A stretch of DNA of 64,000 nt from Dudresnaya verticillata (lineage: Eukaryota): contig OZ374557.1 in NCBI GenBank assembly GCA_977862235.1, positions 682,001 to 746,000 of the forward strand. Reading direction: 5' to 3'. The position numbers were made by a program, and so were the translations under genes. Below are positions 12,366-23,403 of this stretch, piece after piece. Below the pieces are notes generated by a model that searched no databases, had not been told where the DNA came from, and saw nothing but the letters and a program-made list of their open reading frames with translations. Each line of letters starts with the position of its first letter. The stretch's first letter is position 1.

Positions 12366-14830
12366 TCAGTCGGCTGAGGAAGCGCTTAGGAAGTAACATT
12401 CCTCCGAGCAATCGGGGGGTTCCAATATGACTGATACGACCGGGGTCGCCCAGTGAACTGAAACCGGTTCCCCTCTAGCTAGTTTTTCGGCCGACTAGCA
12501 GGCGACCGCGGTAGCGGTGGAGGCGGCGGAACGGTTCGGGACCCTGGTCTTGGCGAGCGTGGCGCCATCGGCTGCTGTTGCGGCGCGTCCACTGGGTGGT
12601 TCAACCCTCCTTCAAATTGAACATGGGTATTTCTACCGGGGGCCGGCCCCAAACTTTGGGGAGGTCCTCTCGATGGCCCTGCTCCACGTCCTGACGATGC
12701 ATAATCGTGATGCTCCGTGCGGGTGATCCCGTTTGTAAATTAGGGCAGGCGCCAGATGGTAGCCAACCATGCCTTCTGTTCGCGAGACAGTTGGTAAAAC
12801 TGCTGGCGTTTTAAAGCCTCAAATGACTGTTCATCCGTACGAGCCAAATACGGGGCTCGTATAGGCCGACGGCGCGAAGCGGCACTGCACTTAGTCAAAA
12901 AGCCGTTCTCACGTGAACTTGCTATTTCCTTTATTCCTATGCAGCCCACCCCCTCCTTAATCATACACCTCCCTCTCTCCCCCCTTCCCCTACCTCTTTC
13001 ACCCGTCCCCTGTTATTTCAACAGTTCCGTTGCTTCCCGCAAGAGCTGTAGATCGGCTTCTTATATGTCGATTGCGGCGCCATCTGCGCCTTGCCGCAGC
13101 GCGCGATGCGCATCAATCCACTCTAGATGACTTCATTCAGTAGCGTGGTACTCTATTCTGTAAGTAAATGTGCTCCCATACTGTAATGTGCTTTGTCATA
13201 CACATCCGACATTTGGATTCTCGCGATAACTGAACAGAAACCTGTCGACCGTCATTATTCATTTATCGCGAGTTGACTGTAGTCCCTCTTTGTGCTTTCC
13301 TGTACCCACACTATATGAAGCATCGTGCCGTTGTACTGTTGAACACCACCGCACACTGTCAGAAGTTGTGAAATCGGCATTTTTTGAAGTTCGAAGCATC
13401 GTGTTCGACCGCTGCAGCAAAATAACAAAAACGGCTAGCAGAAATCATATGTTTAGCTATTTCGTAGAAAGGACCCAAACCGGTGAATGCGGTTCCGCTG
13501 CAACAAACGAGTAGTTTCGCTTCCGCTGGAAATGCGAAGTTGGTGTTGTCCACTGCTTCCACTGCATGCAGCAAGAAAAGGAATGTGCGAGAGTGGAGCT
13601 CTTTGAAGCTCAAGCAACACCGTATTATACAGTAGCGAAGCTTTACCATGTGAAGTCCGCGAAATGTCCACATCCATTTTGGCGAGGATTGGACCACTTG
13701 TCCTATTTTATGTGATCTGTTTCCTTTATCCTAGCGAAGTGATTCGTTAGTGCCGAAACTGGGTTTCGCCTGAGCTTCGTTCACTCGTCAGGGAGCCGAC
13801 CCTTAGTTTCAAACATGCCCTTGATCCCTGTGGGCGGGCTGTCAGTCAGGGCTTTGCGGGCTCAGTAAAATGTTGCGCACATAAAAATTGAGTGGCATCG
13901 TCAATAGCAGAAGGGCTATAAATATACTCGCCCGCGGGCGTGTCAATCAAGCTCAGCGACTGCTGCCAGCCATCGTACCGTATCGTACTCAACTGCCTCA
14001 ATTGCTTCCAATCATCCCACGATACTGTACCGCGAATCACGTACCGCGAAAGAAGTGTCACAATTGCACCATTCACAGAGAGTGACGATAAGCAGCACCT
14101 TCTGGCACATGTTATTTGCTTCCAATCATCGCAAGATTCCTGCAACTATTTCCCAGCTACGTCCAGCTTGTGATTCACAGCTAAGGCACATGTAATTGCA
14201 ATAATACCTTCTGGTCACTGGTAACATCGATCCTTTCATAACTGTATTACTTTCTTGCAGGCAAGCCATGGGATATCGCCTGCCCTTACTGCCCTTCCAA
14301 TCATTGCACAACGATGGCGCCAATAAAGCAGCAAAATTGTACCTGTCGCGTCAAGCCTCCAAAGAGCTTAAAGTGGGCAACCGGTCCGGTTGCCTCGCAA
14401 CAAGTGCGGTTGCTACCAGCCAGCTTCCGTTGTCCTAAGATATTGCTACTGTAGAAGCCTTCGTACTGCTGACATAGCAGCAAGCAGGGCGAGAGTGTCA
14501 CAGGGCATACAGTAGATACCGGTTGATTCTTATCCAAGCGAAGGCCTTTATTCCATACTTCCTCGCAGCAGGAATTACGATATTCACCTCAGTGGATAAA
14601 AAAAAAAGAAAAGACAAGATTGAGTCACACTCCCGCCCGGTATTTATGTCGTTCGAGCTCATGTCACGGCGTAGCATTGTATGTGGGAACCAAACGGAAC
14701 GATCCCCGCTCCCTGTGGATGAAAACCGGCGTTCCAGATATAGCTGGTCCTTTGTTGTCGCGTTGCAATTGCCTGCTCCGCGTCCACAATGCGCTGGAGC
14801 GCTCGCATCCGCGCCTAGCAGCGCTACGGG

Positions 14831-15628
14831 ATGCCGCCGCCGCGCCGCCCACCGCCCAGCGATTACGCGCCGAAACCGGACTATCCGACTGCAGGGCGCA
14901 GTCCGAAGCTCGAGGTCTCGTTCCTGCTCAACCAACAGGCCACAGCGCAGTCTTCTTCGTCGCCCTCCTCCACACATGCACCGTCAGGAAGTAGCTCGCG
15001 CCAGCGTGCAGAGCAACGTGCTCAGCCGATCTCGGCAGGCGGGCATAGGAGGTTCCGTTGTGAGTCTTGCTCAGCTACCTTTGCCCAGAGTCATGATGCT
15101 TTGAAACATAAAAGGTAAGTAATCTCACTCAATCAAGTTCAGGTTGCCGTCCTCGGGCATTGCTTCTTCTTTTCTCGTTTCTTACCTCTGGATTTTCTCC
15201 ACGATACGCATTGTGGCCACTTGCGTTTCTTTTGGGTTCCTGCTTTTCATTGCTAGAACGGTTCATGAAAAGTTGCGTCCGTATACATGCGATGTGTGCG
15301 GTAAGAGCTTCGGGGAGAAAGGTATGTGTGGGACCCTTTTGTAGCATCGAACCCCTCCGCGCGCCCGGACTAACTCTTTCGTCTGTCTGGTGCGTTTACA
15401 GGAAACCTCAGTAAGCACAAGAAGTCTGTTCACCTCAATGAGCGCCCGTTTTCGTGCGAGTTTTGCTCTTCTTCATTTGCCTTTAAGGATGGTCTGCAGA
15501 GGCACCGGTCGCTTGTGCACTACGATCTGCGTCCCTTTGTATGCAAGAAATGTGGTGCGGACTTCAAACAGATATCTCAGCTTAGGAAACACCGGTGTCC
15601 GCCGCATGGGCATTCGTCCTCGGGCTAA
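14831..15628 (+). CDS. C2H2 zinc-finger transcription factor; exons 14831-15114, 15257-15321, 15402-15628 (start codon uncertain)
   Basis: Splicing at GTAAGT..CTAG (15115-15256) and GTATGT..GACTAAC..ACAG (15322-15401) joins four fingers in frame: CESC..HKRTVH, CDVC..HKKSVH, CEFC..HRSLVH, CKKC..HRC. Linkers are RPY/RPF-type. Confidence 0.88.
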
Positions 15629-16135
15629 AGTGTGCAATGCTGAGATACAGAGGGATAATGAGAGAGAATGCATGGTTCGGAATGGCGAATCAGTCTTGGA
15701 AGGAGAGATGGTATGTGCGAAGGAATGGGCTCCACTCCCCAACATCATAGGCGACAACTTCGGTACAAGACGGCAGGCAGGAGCGCGAATAGCCCGAATT
15801 TGGGTGATGTCTATGAACTACGGCGGTCACAGGACCACCCATTTCAACTTCTGAACAGAAAGTGGCGCTAGGGTCCATAATATCAATCTAACTCCAATGG
15901 ACTCATTACAACCACGAACCACGCAGCATTACTACCCAATTCTCAAAAGAGGGCCTAGAGAGCAGGAGTTACGCGAGTAAAAGGTAGTAGATTTACGAGC
16001 CGTTTCCTGCGCAAAAGCATGGAACCATCCGGTGGCTACAGTAGCAGAGAACAAAAACGTGGATAAGAACTGAGGTACTTCCAACGGTACGGAATACTAG
16101 CGCTTCGTATTCGTGAGCATGTAGATTTCCATTTA

Positions 16136-17314
16136 TTACACGCTGTCCGCAAGGTTATCGCGCTTCAGAGCTCCTTCATACTTCTTCTTCTCAGGAATGG
16201 TCTGGAACCTTCCGTGTCCCAGCTTCGAAGCTGTGTCCACAAACTTCAAACTGATCTCTTCCTGCGCAGCCCGAGAAGTCTGCGTGTACAAGCTCTTCCT
16301 AAGGGTGATGACACGCTTCCTTGTTCCAACCACTGACCCCTTTACCATGACCCAATCCTCCTTGATCGAACCATAATGCGGGAAACCTCCGACAGGAGTG
16401 ATGCCCTTCTGCGTGAGGTCAAAATCAGTAGTGGCACCCTTCGCATCATCCTTTCCACCGATGCGATAGATTTTCAGATTGGCCTGAGTCCTGTGAAAGT
16501 AGCCACGCTGTCCAGCACGGGCAACAGTATAGCCAACTCGGGCCGGGTGCCATGCCCCGATACAAGCGACCTTGCGCAAACCACGATGAGTCTTCCGTGG
16601 TAAACGAGTAACACCCCACCGGGTAACGACACCCTCAAATCCGTGTCCCTTCGTGACTCCAATACAGTCAATCATCTCATCCTTCGTGAAGACAGCATCA
16701 ATATCAACCCAGCGCTCGAAAAGACCCTTCGCATATGCTACCTTTTCAATGACGCTTCCCCCATTGATCTGGACCTCCATGAGGTGGGCCTTCTTCTGGG
16801 CAATGCAGATCTTTCGAATCTGGGTATGAACAAGCAGACGAATAACTGTGCAGTGTTTCACAATCCTCTCAAGCTCCACGTCGATACCGCCTACTCCCTC
16901 GGAGTGCTTCTTGGCGTACTTTGTAAATGCCTTCTTCTTGCTGCGATACCAGTTCTTGTAGAATCGACGTTTGACCTCGTCAGACAGATGCTCTGCCCAG
17001 ACCGTGGTAAGGGAACGCAGGCCATACGGAGTCTCGACGTAACCCACAACACCGACGGCGACAACAGGGGGGGTCTCTATGACAGTAACTGCCTCAACGA
17101 CCTCCTTCTTGTGAAGCTTAGAGCCCGGCTTGTCAACGTCGCGCACGATGTGAGTCATTCCCGCTTTGTATCCCATAAAAGCGGTGAGGTGACACGGCTC
17201 ACTCGGGTCATCCTTAGGGAAGGCCTTTACTTTGCCACGATGGCGAGAGGCACGCTTCTTCGGCAGGAAAGCCAAAGACCCATGACGCGGTGCTTCAAAC
17301 TTCCGATGAGACAT
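16136..17314 (-). CDS. RPL3: 60S ribosomal protein L3 (uL3), intronless
   Basis: [29 protein letters not shown] and [11 protein letters not shown] motifs; full length at 392 aa. Confidence 0.99.
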   Translation of the reverse strand: MSHRKFEAPRHGSLAFLPKKRASRHRGKVKAFPKDDPSEPCHLTAFMGYKAGMTHIVRDVDKPGSKLHKKEVVEAVTVIETPPVVAVGVVGYVETPYGLRSLTTVWAEHLSDEVKRRFYKNWYRSKKKAFTKYAKKHSEGVGGIDVELERIVKHCTVIRLLVHTQIRKICIAQKKAHLMEVQINGGSVIEKVAYAKGLFERWVDIDAVFTKDEMIDCIGVTKGHGFEGVVTRWGVTRLPRKTHRGLRKVACIGAWHPARVGYTVARAGQRGYFHRTQANLKIYRIGGKDDAKGATTDFDLTQKGITPVGGFPHYGSIKEDWVMVKGSVVGTRKRVITLRKSLYTQTSRAAQEEISLKFVDTASKLGHGRFQTIPEKKKYEGALKRDNLADSV

Positions 17315-19378
17315 TGCTCCTACTTTGTTGCGACGTTAGCTGATCCTCGTTCCTGGAGGTCAGATAAGACAGTCCTGCGGAAAACGAAAGTCGGATGTTG
17401 TCAACGTCCCGGATCGAGGACGATCGTGTTTTGAACTTCTGCTAGGTGTTTATGCCTGGGGCAGGCGGCGCCGTCGCAACGGGGCACGGCGGCGAGTGCA
17501 CAAAAGTGGGAAAATATTTCTCGGACGAGAGGCTTTTTTTAGTAAAAACTTCAAGGTTTTGCAGTCAAAAGCAGTAATTGGATCTTCGCGATCGGATTAC
17601 AAACCCAGGCCGGCTGGCCGGCGAGTGCGTGAAGCTCACCAGAGGAGACGGAGCTTCAACACTAACCAATCACTTCCCACTAGGACATGGAAAACGGACA
17701 CTAAGTGGGCCAATTGGACCAATCCCTGTAGAAAGGAGTGTAGACATTTGGAGGACTTCACTTTGTAAGAGCTTCGCTATCGCACAGCAGTCACTGTAAT
17801 GAGTACCGTGCCTTATCTAAGAAAGCCTAAAACACAGATATACTTTTCGGGAGACATCTGTATTCTTCAATCTGGATGAGGGTGCGGTAACGATAGCACT
17901 GAAAAATGGATGGGTTCAAAATTGTGAACCACTCTATTGTACAGCTGCTGTATGAAAGGAAGCTTCTGGTCTTTAGTTTTCTGTTCTCCTTTCTCATCTT
18001 TTTCCCGCGGTACAGTACTACCCAAACACTCGACCCTTCCTCGGTCGCCGCCGTTCTCCCGCGAGCTCCCCGCGAGCTCCCTAGAGCATCTTACAGTAAA
18101 CGACCCTAATTTCTACGCCTTACAGTGCTGCCAGCGCTCTAATCCTGTCACTGTAATTACTTGGAAAGGCGGCGCCGTAGGATAGACTAGGGTTACTGGC
18201 GACGCGCACGCGGTGTAAAGAAGGGGAGAACGCCGCGAAGGAGGTGGCAGAGAGGGCGAAGCGAGGGCCGGAGCGAAGTCAGAGGGAACAAATATGCCCC
18301 GCCCCGTCCAGGTCCGAAGGCAAGTAAGGTACGTTTGTGACCTTGGACGTCACAAAGGTGACGAAAGGTGACTTGTTTTCTATTGAAATTATGCGTCGCC
18401 TTTTTCCGCAGTAGCGAAGCGTTCATTTACACATCTTTCAAGCCGAAAGGAGAGGGACAGACGAACATGCGAGCAAGCGCACCTCTGTCAGAGCCGCACA
18501 ACAAGTTCTGCCTCCTGCGTTTCGGGTGCGGACTACACTGTGCAGCCTGAAGCATGCCAGCCAAGAAATACTGAAGTTATTAGCTTTACGTTCAATGAAA
18601 CACGTTTAAGAGCGGCATCGTCTTTTTCGGAGTTCGAATCCTACAGTACACGTGGTTTATCAGGACAGGCGAGACTATAGCAGATGGACCACGCTACCTG
18701 GTCGACAAGGCATCAAACGTCCCGCCGTGAACCATCTGGCGGCAGGGCAAGTCACGGGAGATGCAATGGTCGAAAAGCTCGTTCAGGTGAAACGCCCAAA
18801 ACTTATGCTTAAAGGTCGCTCGCTGCGGGCGCGTCCCTTACACCACGAACCATCAGGGGAACGTGAACATTGCATCCCAACAACCTTGTAGCCGTCAGGT
18901 TCTGAGAAGGCGTCAGTACATGAAGCCTGCCATTGAGTTACCGAGTAGGTTTGCATCGCCATCTGTGCTCTATATGAGCAGATCCTTCAACCACCTCTGT
19001 TGGGGCTGCTGGGCTTGCGGCAATCAGAGGAGACAAGGCCACCTTTTAGTTGACGATGGCTAGATTGCGATGCCATGCCTTATTACCTGCGTCCTCACGA
19101 TGCAATGGTCCGCGAACAGGGCACGGAGAGTGCATATCGTCAAGCTGTCACTCCACAGATTGCCTCACTGTACCGCGGCAAGAGTCATGTTCTGAAGGGG
19201 CTTGAGGGGATACTTCATACTCGCGAACATGCATAGAAAATGAGTGTCACAAGGTTAAACCCCTTCCAATGCGAGTTGCGCAGAAAGATGAGGAACATAA
19301 TGTAGAAGGCTATACGCAAAAGTGATCACTACAAATACGAAAAAGAGAAGAGGTACGTGACCACGCACACAAAGTGCA

Positions 19379-21081
19379 TTAATTCACACGAGGAATCTTG
19401 GTGAACAGGGGCGCTCTTTGACCGAGCTCGGCTTCTTGAAGCAGAGACCGTTCCGAGCAGCTCGGATAGTAGAAAATGTATAACTTCTGGAGGAAGGAGA
19501 GCCAGGATACCCATGAAAGCAACTCAACTGTGATCTCACCTCGTAGAGATGTGGTAGACTCTACAACAGGCCGAGTCGTCTTCGTCGGGGCATATGAGCA
19601 GGCCTTTGCAATATATAGAATCCGCACTTGTGCTTCTGAAAGAGGAGTATCCATTAACGCAGAATCAGTGAGCGCATTCATGAAGTCGACTGTGAAATCA
19701 TCTCTTCCTTGGAAAATTCATATACAGAGTTGATAGTATCCTCGTCGAAGTAGTCCACCATCAGCATTGTCATCTTACGGAATTCTTTCGCCATAAGCCT
19801 GTTGCGGTTGACACCAGCGAATACAATCCCAACTAAACACTTTGTATCTGGCTCAATGCCGCACACGATGGCATCAAGGTTAAGGCATATGGACTCCGCA
19901 ATAGCCCGTACTGCCCGGGTATGGTTGAGAAGCCCAAGAATTGGAAAGGAGTGACCAACAGTTTGCATAAGATAGTCGCCAATCTGGGGCCATGACTTCG
20001 GAATCTTCTTTGTTGCCGCATTATCGTACGAGATAGCGGCCGGAATATGACGAAGCATGGCTAGATTTGAAAGCAGGGTATCGCCTCTCTGCGGGGAAGC
20101 GTCACCCTCTTGAAGGTACATTTCAGGGCCAACTGCGACGTGCTTCCCCTGCGTCCAGCCACTGGCCTCCAGAACGTCGATGCCCTCCTCAATAGCAGCC
20201 TGCTCCATGTCCGTGCCGAGTAAGCTCATGAAAGTGGTGAGATACCCAACCATGCTAATGGCTAGAACGACCCACTCCACATTGGATGGAGAGAGGTACT
20301 TGAAGAGACTACGGCGGTCCTCTTCCACGAGGTGGTTCGGAAACGAAGACATGTTGAGGGCAACTTCAACAACTGCCGTCTCACGCTTGGTGAGGCTACG
20401 TGAACCCGTGAGGGCAGCAGCGTCGACACCGCGACGCAACGCGAAGTTGCACGTGTGCAACGAGCAGTAAGCGCACTGACTGCTGCGCGCAGAGTAGTAC
20501 GTCGCCATTGCAATAAGGTCAACAGGTGCAGCCACACCCCAAAGCAAGAACTGAATGTTGATTGCGTTCGGTACCAGTAGATTATACGTGGTGAAGGCTG
20601 GCGGGAACATCTCCATAATTCCGTCTGACGTCGAAACGACCCCAATAAGCGCCTTGACCAGCACAAGAATAGAGTGATACCGCTCATCAAGACGTGCAAG
20701 CGGAACCGCATGCGGAGAGAGAACCTCAGCGATGGACTTCAGCTGGGTGGATGCGCCGTTTGCGGGCTTGGGGCAAGACCTGTTGGATGGCTACATTGCT
20801 CCTGTCTGGAGCATTTCCTAGGAGGCGGCCGTGCATGTCACAGAAGAAGCAGATGCGGAGGAAGGAGCTGAGGTTGAAGGGGCAGTGGAGGAGGCCGACA
20901 CCGCAGATAACGCGCGTGGCAAGAGCTGTTGGGGCTGCGGCAAAGAGTGCACACGCTCTGGCAATCGCCGACGGACAACGGATGCACCCCGCCGGTTTGT
21001 CTTCGACGACATCCCGGGCCCACTTGATTTCGGCATGACGGTAGCGGCCAGGCCTCTGCTGGAGTTCCGGAGCTTGATCAA
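19379..21081 (-). pseudogene. AhpD/carboxymuconolactone-decarboxylase-like CxxC protein, apparently disrupted
   Basis: SARSSQCAYCSLHTC motif and an AhpD-like helix VEWVVLAISMVGYL. A second similar lobe (VELLSWVSWLSFLQKL) is reached only by a frameshift near 19705. Two in-frame TAGs lie upstream (~20793, 20818). Confidence 0.65.
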
Positions 21082-21292
21082 CAGGCTTGAGTTGTCCTAC
21101 GGGTAGGGCGTCGTAAGATGAACAAAAACAGCTTCGGGAGTGACTCTATCTGGTTGGCTTGGCGCCTCCAATACCTGGCTCTCTGGGTATCCCATGTTTT
21201 TGTCCGTAAGTACGAACCTGTCATTACGCTTTCCGCTTTCTCATTGGCTGCTTATTTCTTTCTTTTCGAAATTAAATTTCGTCTGCGAATCG

Positions 21293-21451
21293 GGCTGGGG
21301 ACCAATACACCCATGGCGGGGTGGGTGTGTATCATATCGCCGGGTAGCCAATCAGCGGTGTCCGTACTCACGAATAAATCGGTCCCACGGTGCACATACT
21401 CACGCCCTGACCGGCCAATACATTTACTCCGTACTCACGGATTGACACTTG
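21293..21451 (+). repeat. MULE left TIR
   Basis: ggacca..cacccatggcggggtgggtgtgtatcata..tccgtactcacgaataaatcgg matches the reverse complement of 52731-52900. Confidence 0.92.
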
Positions 21452-21789
21452 TAAAATGATAAATGGCCAGAGTGCTTCCGTGACAACTCCGACGGTGACG
21501 TGACGGAATTCAAATTCCGAGCGCGCAATAACACCCGCCCAGTCCGTCGGCACCACCCTCGGCAGCCCACACACAATCCCCATCACCCCCCACCGGTTCC
21601 CGGCCCGTACACCATCGGACACGCTCTTATCATTTCTCACCACCCTGCAGCTCCATGTCCATCTGGAACCCAGCTGCGCCATCGACGCAGGTCCTCAACC
21701 GGCTCCGTCGCACTCAACCCATCCAATCGCAGTGTTGTCGATCCACTGCGGCCCACATATCGAGGTAACCGGATTTTTGATATCGACCC

Positions 21790-22227
21790 ATGACGCCACC
21801 GATAGCTGGCTGGAAATCGCTCTACGAGCGAAAGAAGCGTTTCATCGAAAACCTCTGCGCCGTTGAATGCATTGTCCCCGAATCTGACGCCCACCGATTG
21901 GGCAAGATGTACGAGTCAACTGACAAAACAGAGAAGGCGTCAGCATCTGGAAACACTTTTTGGATTCGGTTTACGAGACCAACGTCGTGTCTCACATCGT
22001 CAATGCTCGAATACTTCATTTGTGAGCTGCAGTTCCCTGAAAATAGATGTGTTTCATCTGGAAGATTAAGTGCTGAACTTTTGTCTGCTAGTGTACAGTT
22101 TGCAAAAGAGAAAAAGTCATTTGCACCGCGTGAGGGGATGCTTTAATACGTTAAGAAACTATTAAGTTTGAGTGAGACAAAGGACAATTTGATCTTTGTG
22201 TTTATTCCATTATGTATCGACAACGTT
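21790..22227 (+). pseudogene. Ulp1/peptidase C48-like protease of the MULE, 5' part
   Basis: CLTSSMLEYFI, then (after one TAA) LIFVFIPLCIDNV, which ends exactly at the element B insertion. Confidence 0.8.
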
Positions 22228-23060
22228 TGTCGTGCAAACGTCGTACTGAAGACGGAGAACACCTCCGGGCCGTTCGGGAGCCCGGTGGGTAGCCGCTAAT
22301 AGCGAACTTGGTAGAGCAGGTTGAACACGCCTAGGGCGGACTGTAAACACCCAGGGCGAGCGGGCAAAGGGGCAAAGAAACCCAAAAGGAAACACGTTAG
22401 CAACGGTTAGGAACGTGGAAACACGGATAGGTAGACGCTTATGCTTCCGGGCAGCGGTAGGGTGCGCGCTTTCGCGGAAGGGAAGTCTAGACCCAACCGG
22501 CTTGCCAGGGCTTTACTGTTACGTCCTGGACGAGGTACCTAAGTAATACTACGGAGCCGCGGCGCGGCGGCTGCATGACGTAGTGCGCGGGAACCCGGGA
22601 CGCGTGTCGCGTGGAGGTGCGCCTGACACGTCCCAGGACAATGCAGCCGTTTTGCGCCGGAGCGTGCGTCTTACAGAGTTGCGCTGGTCCGGTGCTGTAG
22701 GCGATCCGGATTCGGATCGCGATTGGCACCGTATTACAGGTGTGTTTCCCTTACCGCGGATCCCGATGTTCGATCTGGATGTCGGATCCGGATTCGATCA
22801 GGATCCGGGCCAATCTGACAGTCAACTCCCTTACATCTCGTTAATCCCGATGCCTCATCCAGATCCGCTCTGCAGCGTCGCGCCGTACAGTGCGTCGGGC
22901 GTTCGCGGCGCTGGTTTGTGGCACCCGCGCGTCCGTAGCCAATCGTCGATGACGTGTTCGCGCCAACGGCGAATGAGCCGTTCCAGGTGACCGTCCGTCG
23001 GCCGACGAGGTTCTCGGCGCCCATGGCGAGGAAATAAAGCCCGGTCCCCCGTGCGCCACA
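22228..23060 (-). repeat. Element B 3' LTR (PPT at 23061-23073, minus strand AAGCGGGGGGTCG)
   Basis: Direct repeat of 34276-35102, about 2% diverged by manual count. Confidence 0.97.
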
Positions 23061-23403
23061 CGACCCCCCGCTTAGACGCGAACACATTCATCGACTCAGT
23101 CGTACCGCGCAACCTCCATCGGCTGCGACTCCGCTTGTGGCGTGTGTTTTTTCTCGGCGTTGCCATTTTTGCGACCAGTCTCGCCTGAAGCGGTCGTTTC
23201 GATTTCAGCGTGTTATCGACCGACGTCAATGCTTCACCCGGGGCGTGTGTGACAGTGCTCCCAAGCGGCCGTTTTGCTTTCGTCGTTGACGTTCGGCGAT
23301 CCTCGTCCAAGGCGCGCGTGTTATCCCCTCGTCGACGACGTTATTGCACTGGGTGTTGAGTCCCTTATCGTCAGTGACGTGCGCTTAAGTTTCTGTTGTT
23401 GAC

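Larger units (their letters stand above)
3678..12854 (-). mobile_element. Gypsy chromovirus element A, truncated at both ends
   Basis: Gag tail-PR-RT-RH-IN-chromodomain order on the minus strand, plus an antisense accessory ORF. No LTRs are recoverable, and similarity to the 466-2065 copy stops at ~12854. Confidence 0.85.

Noticed and set aside
14523..15104. 193-aa ORF as the 5' part of the zinc-finger gene
   Set aside because: Different frame from the fingers; a possible upstream exon (GTATGT at ~14679) lacks a clear branch point.
16643..17434. 263-aa + strand ORF overlapping RPL3
   Set aside because: Antisense shadow of a conserved, codon-biased gene; no recognisable motifs.
18010..18200. 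Possible MITE with CAGTA-type ends
   Set aside because: The inverted-repeat match is short and imperfect, and there is no convincing TSD.
22583..22990. ORFs repeated in LTRs (also 34632-35039, 36042-36449, 45299-45748, 54679-55341)
   Set aside because: They recur only because the LTRs are duplicated; no protein motifs.
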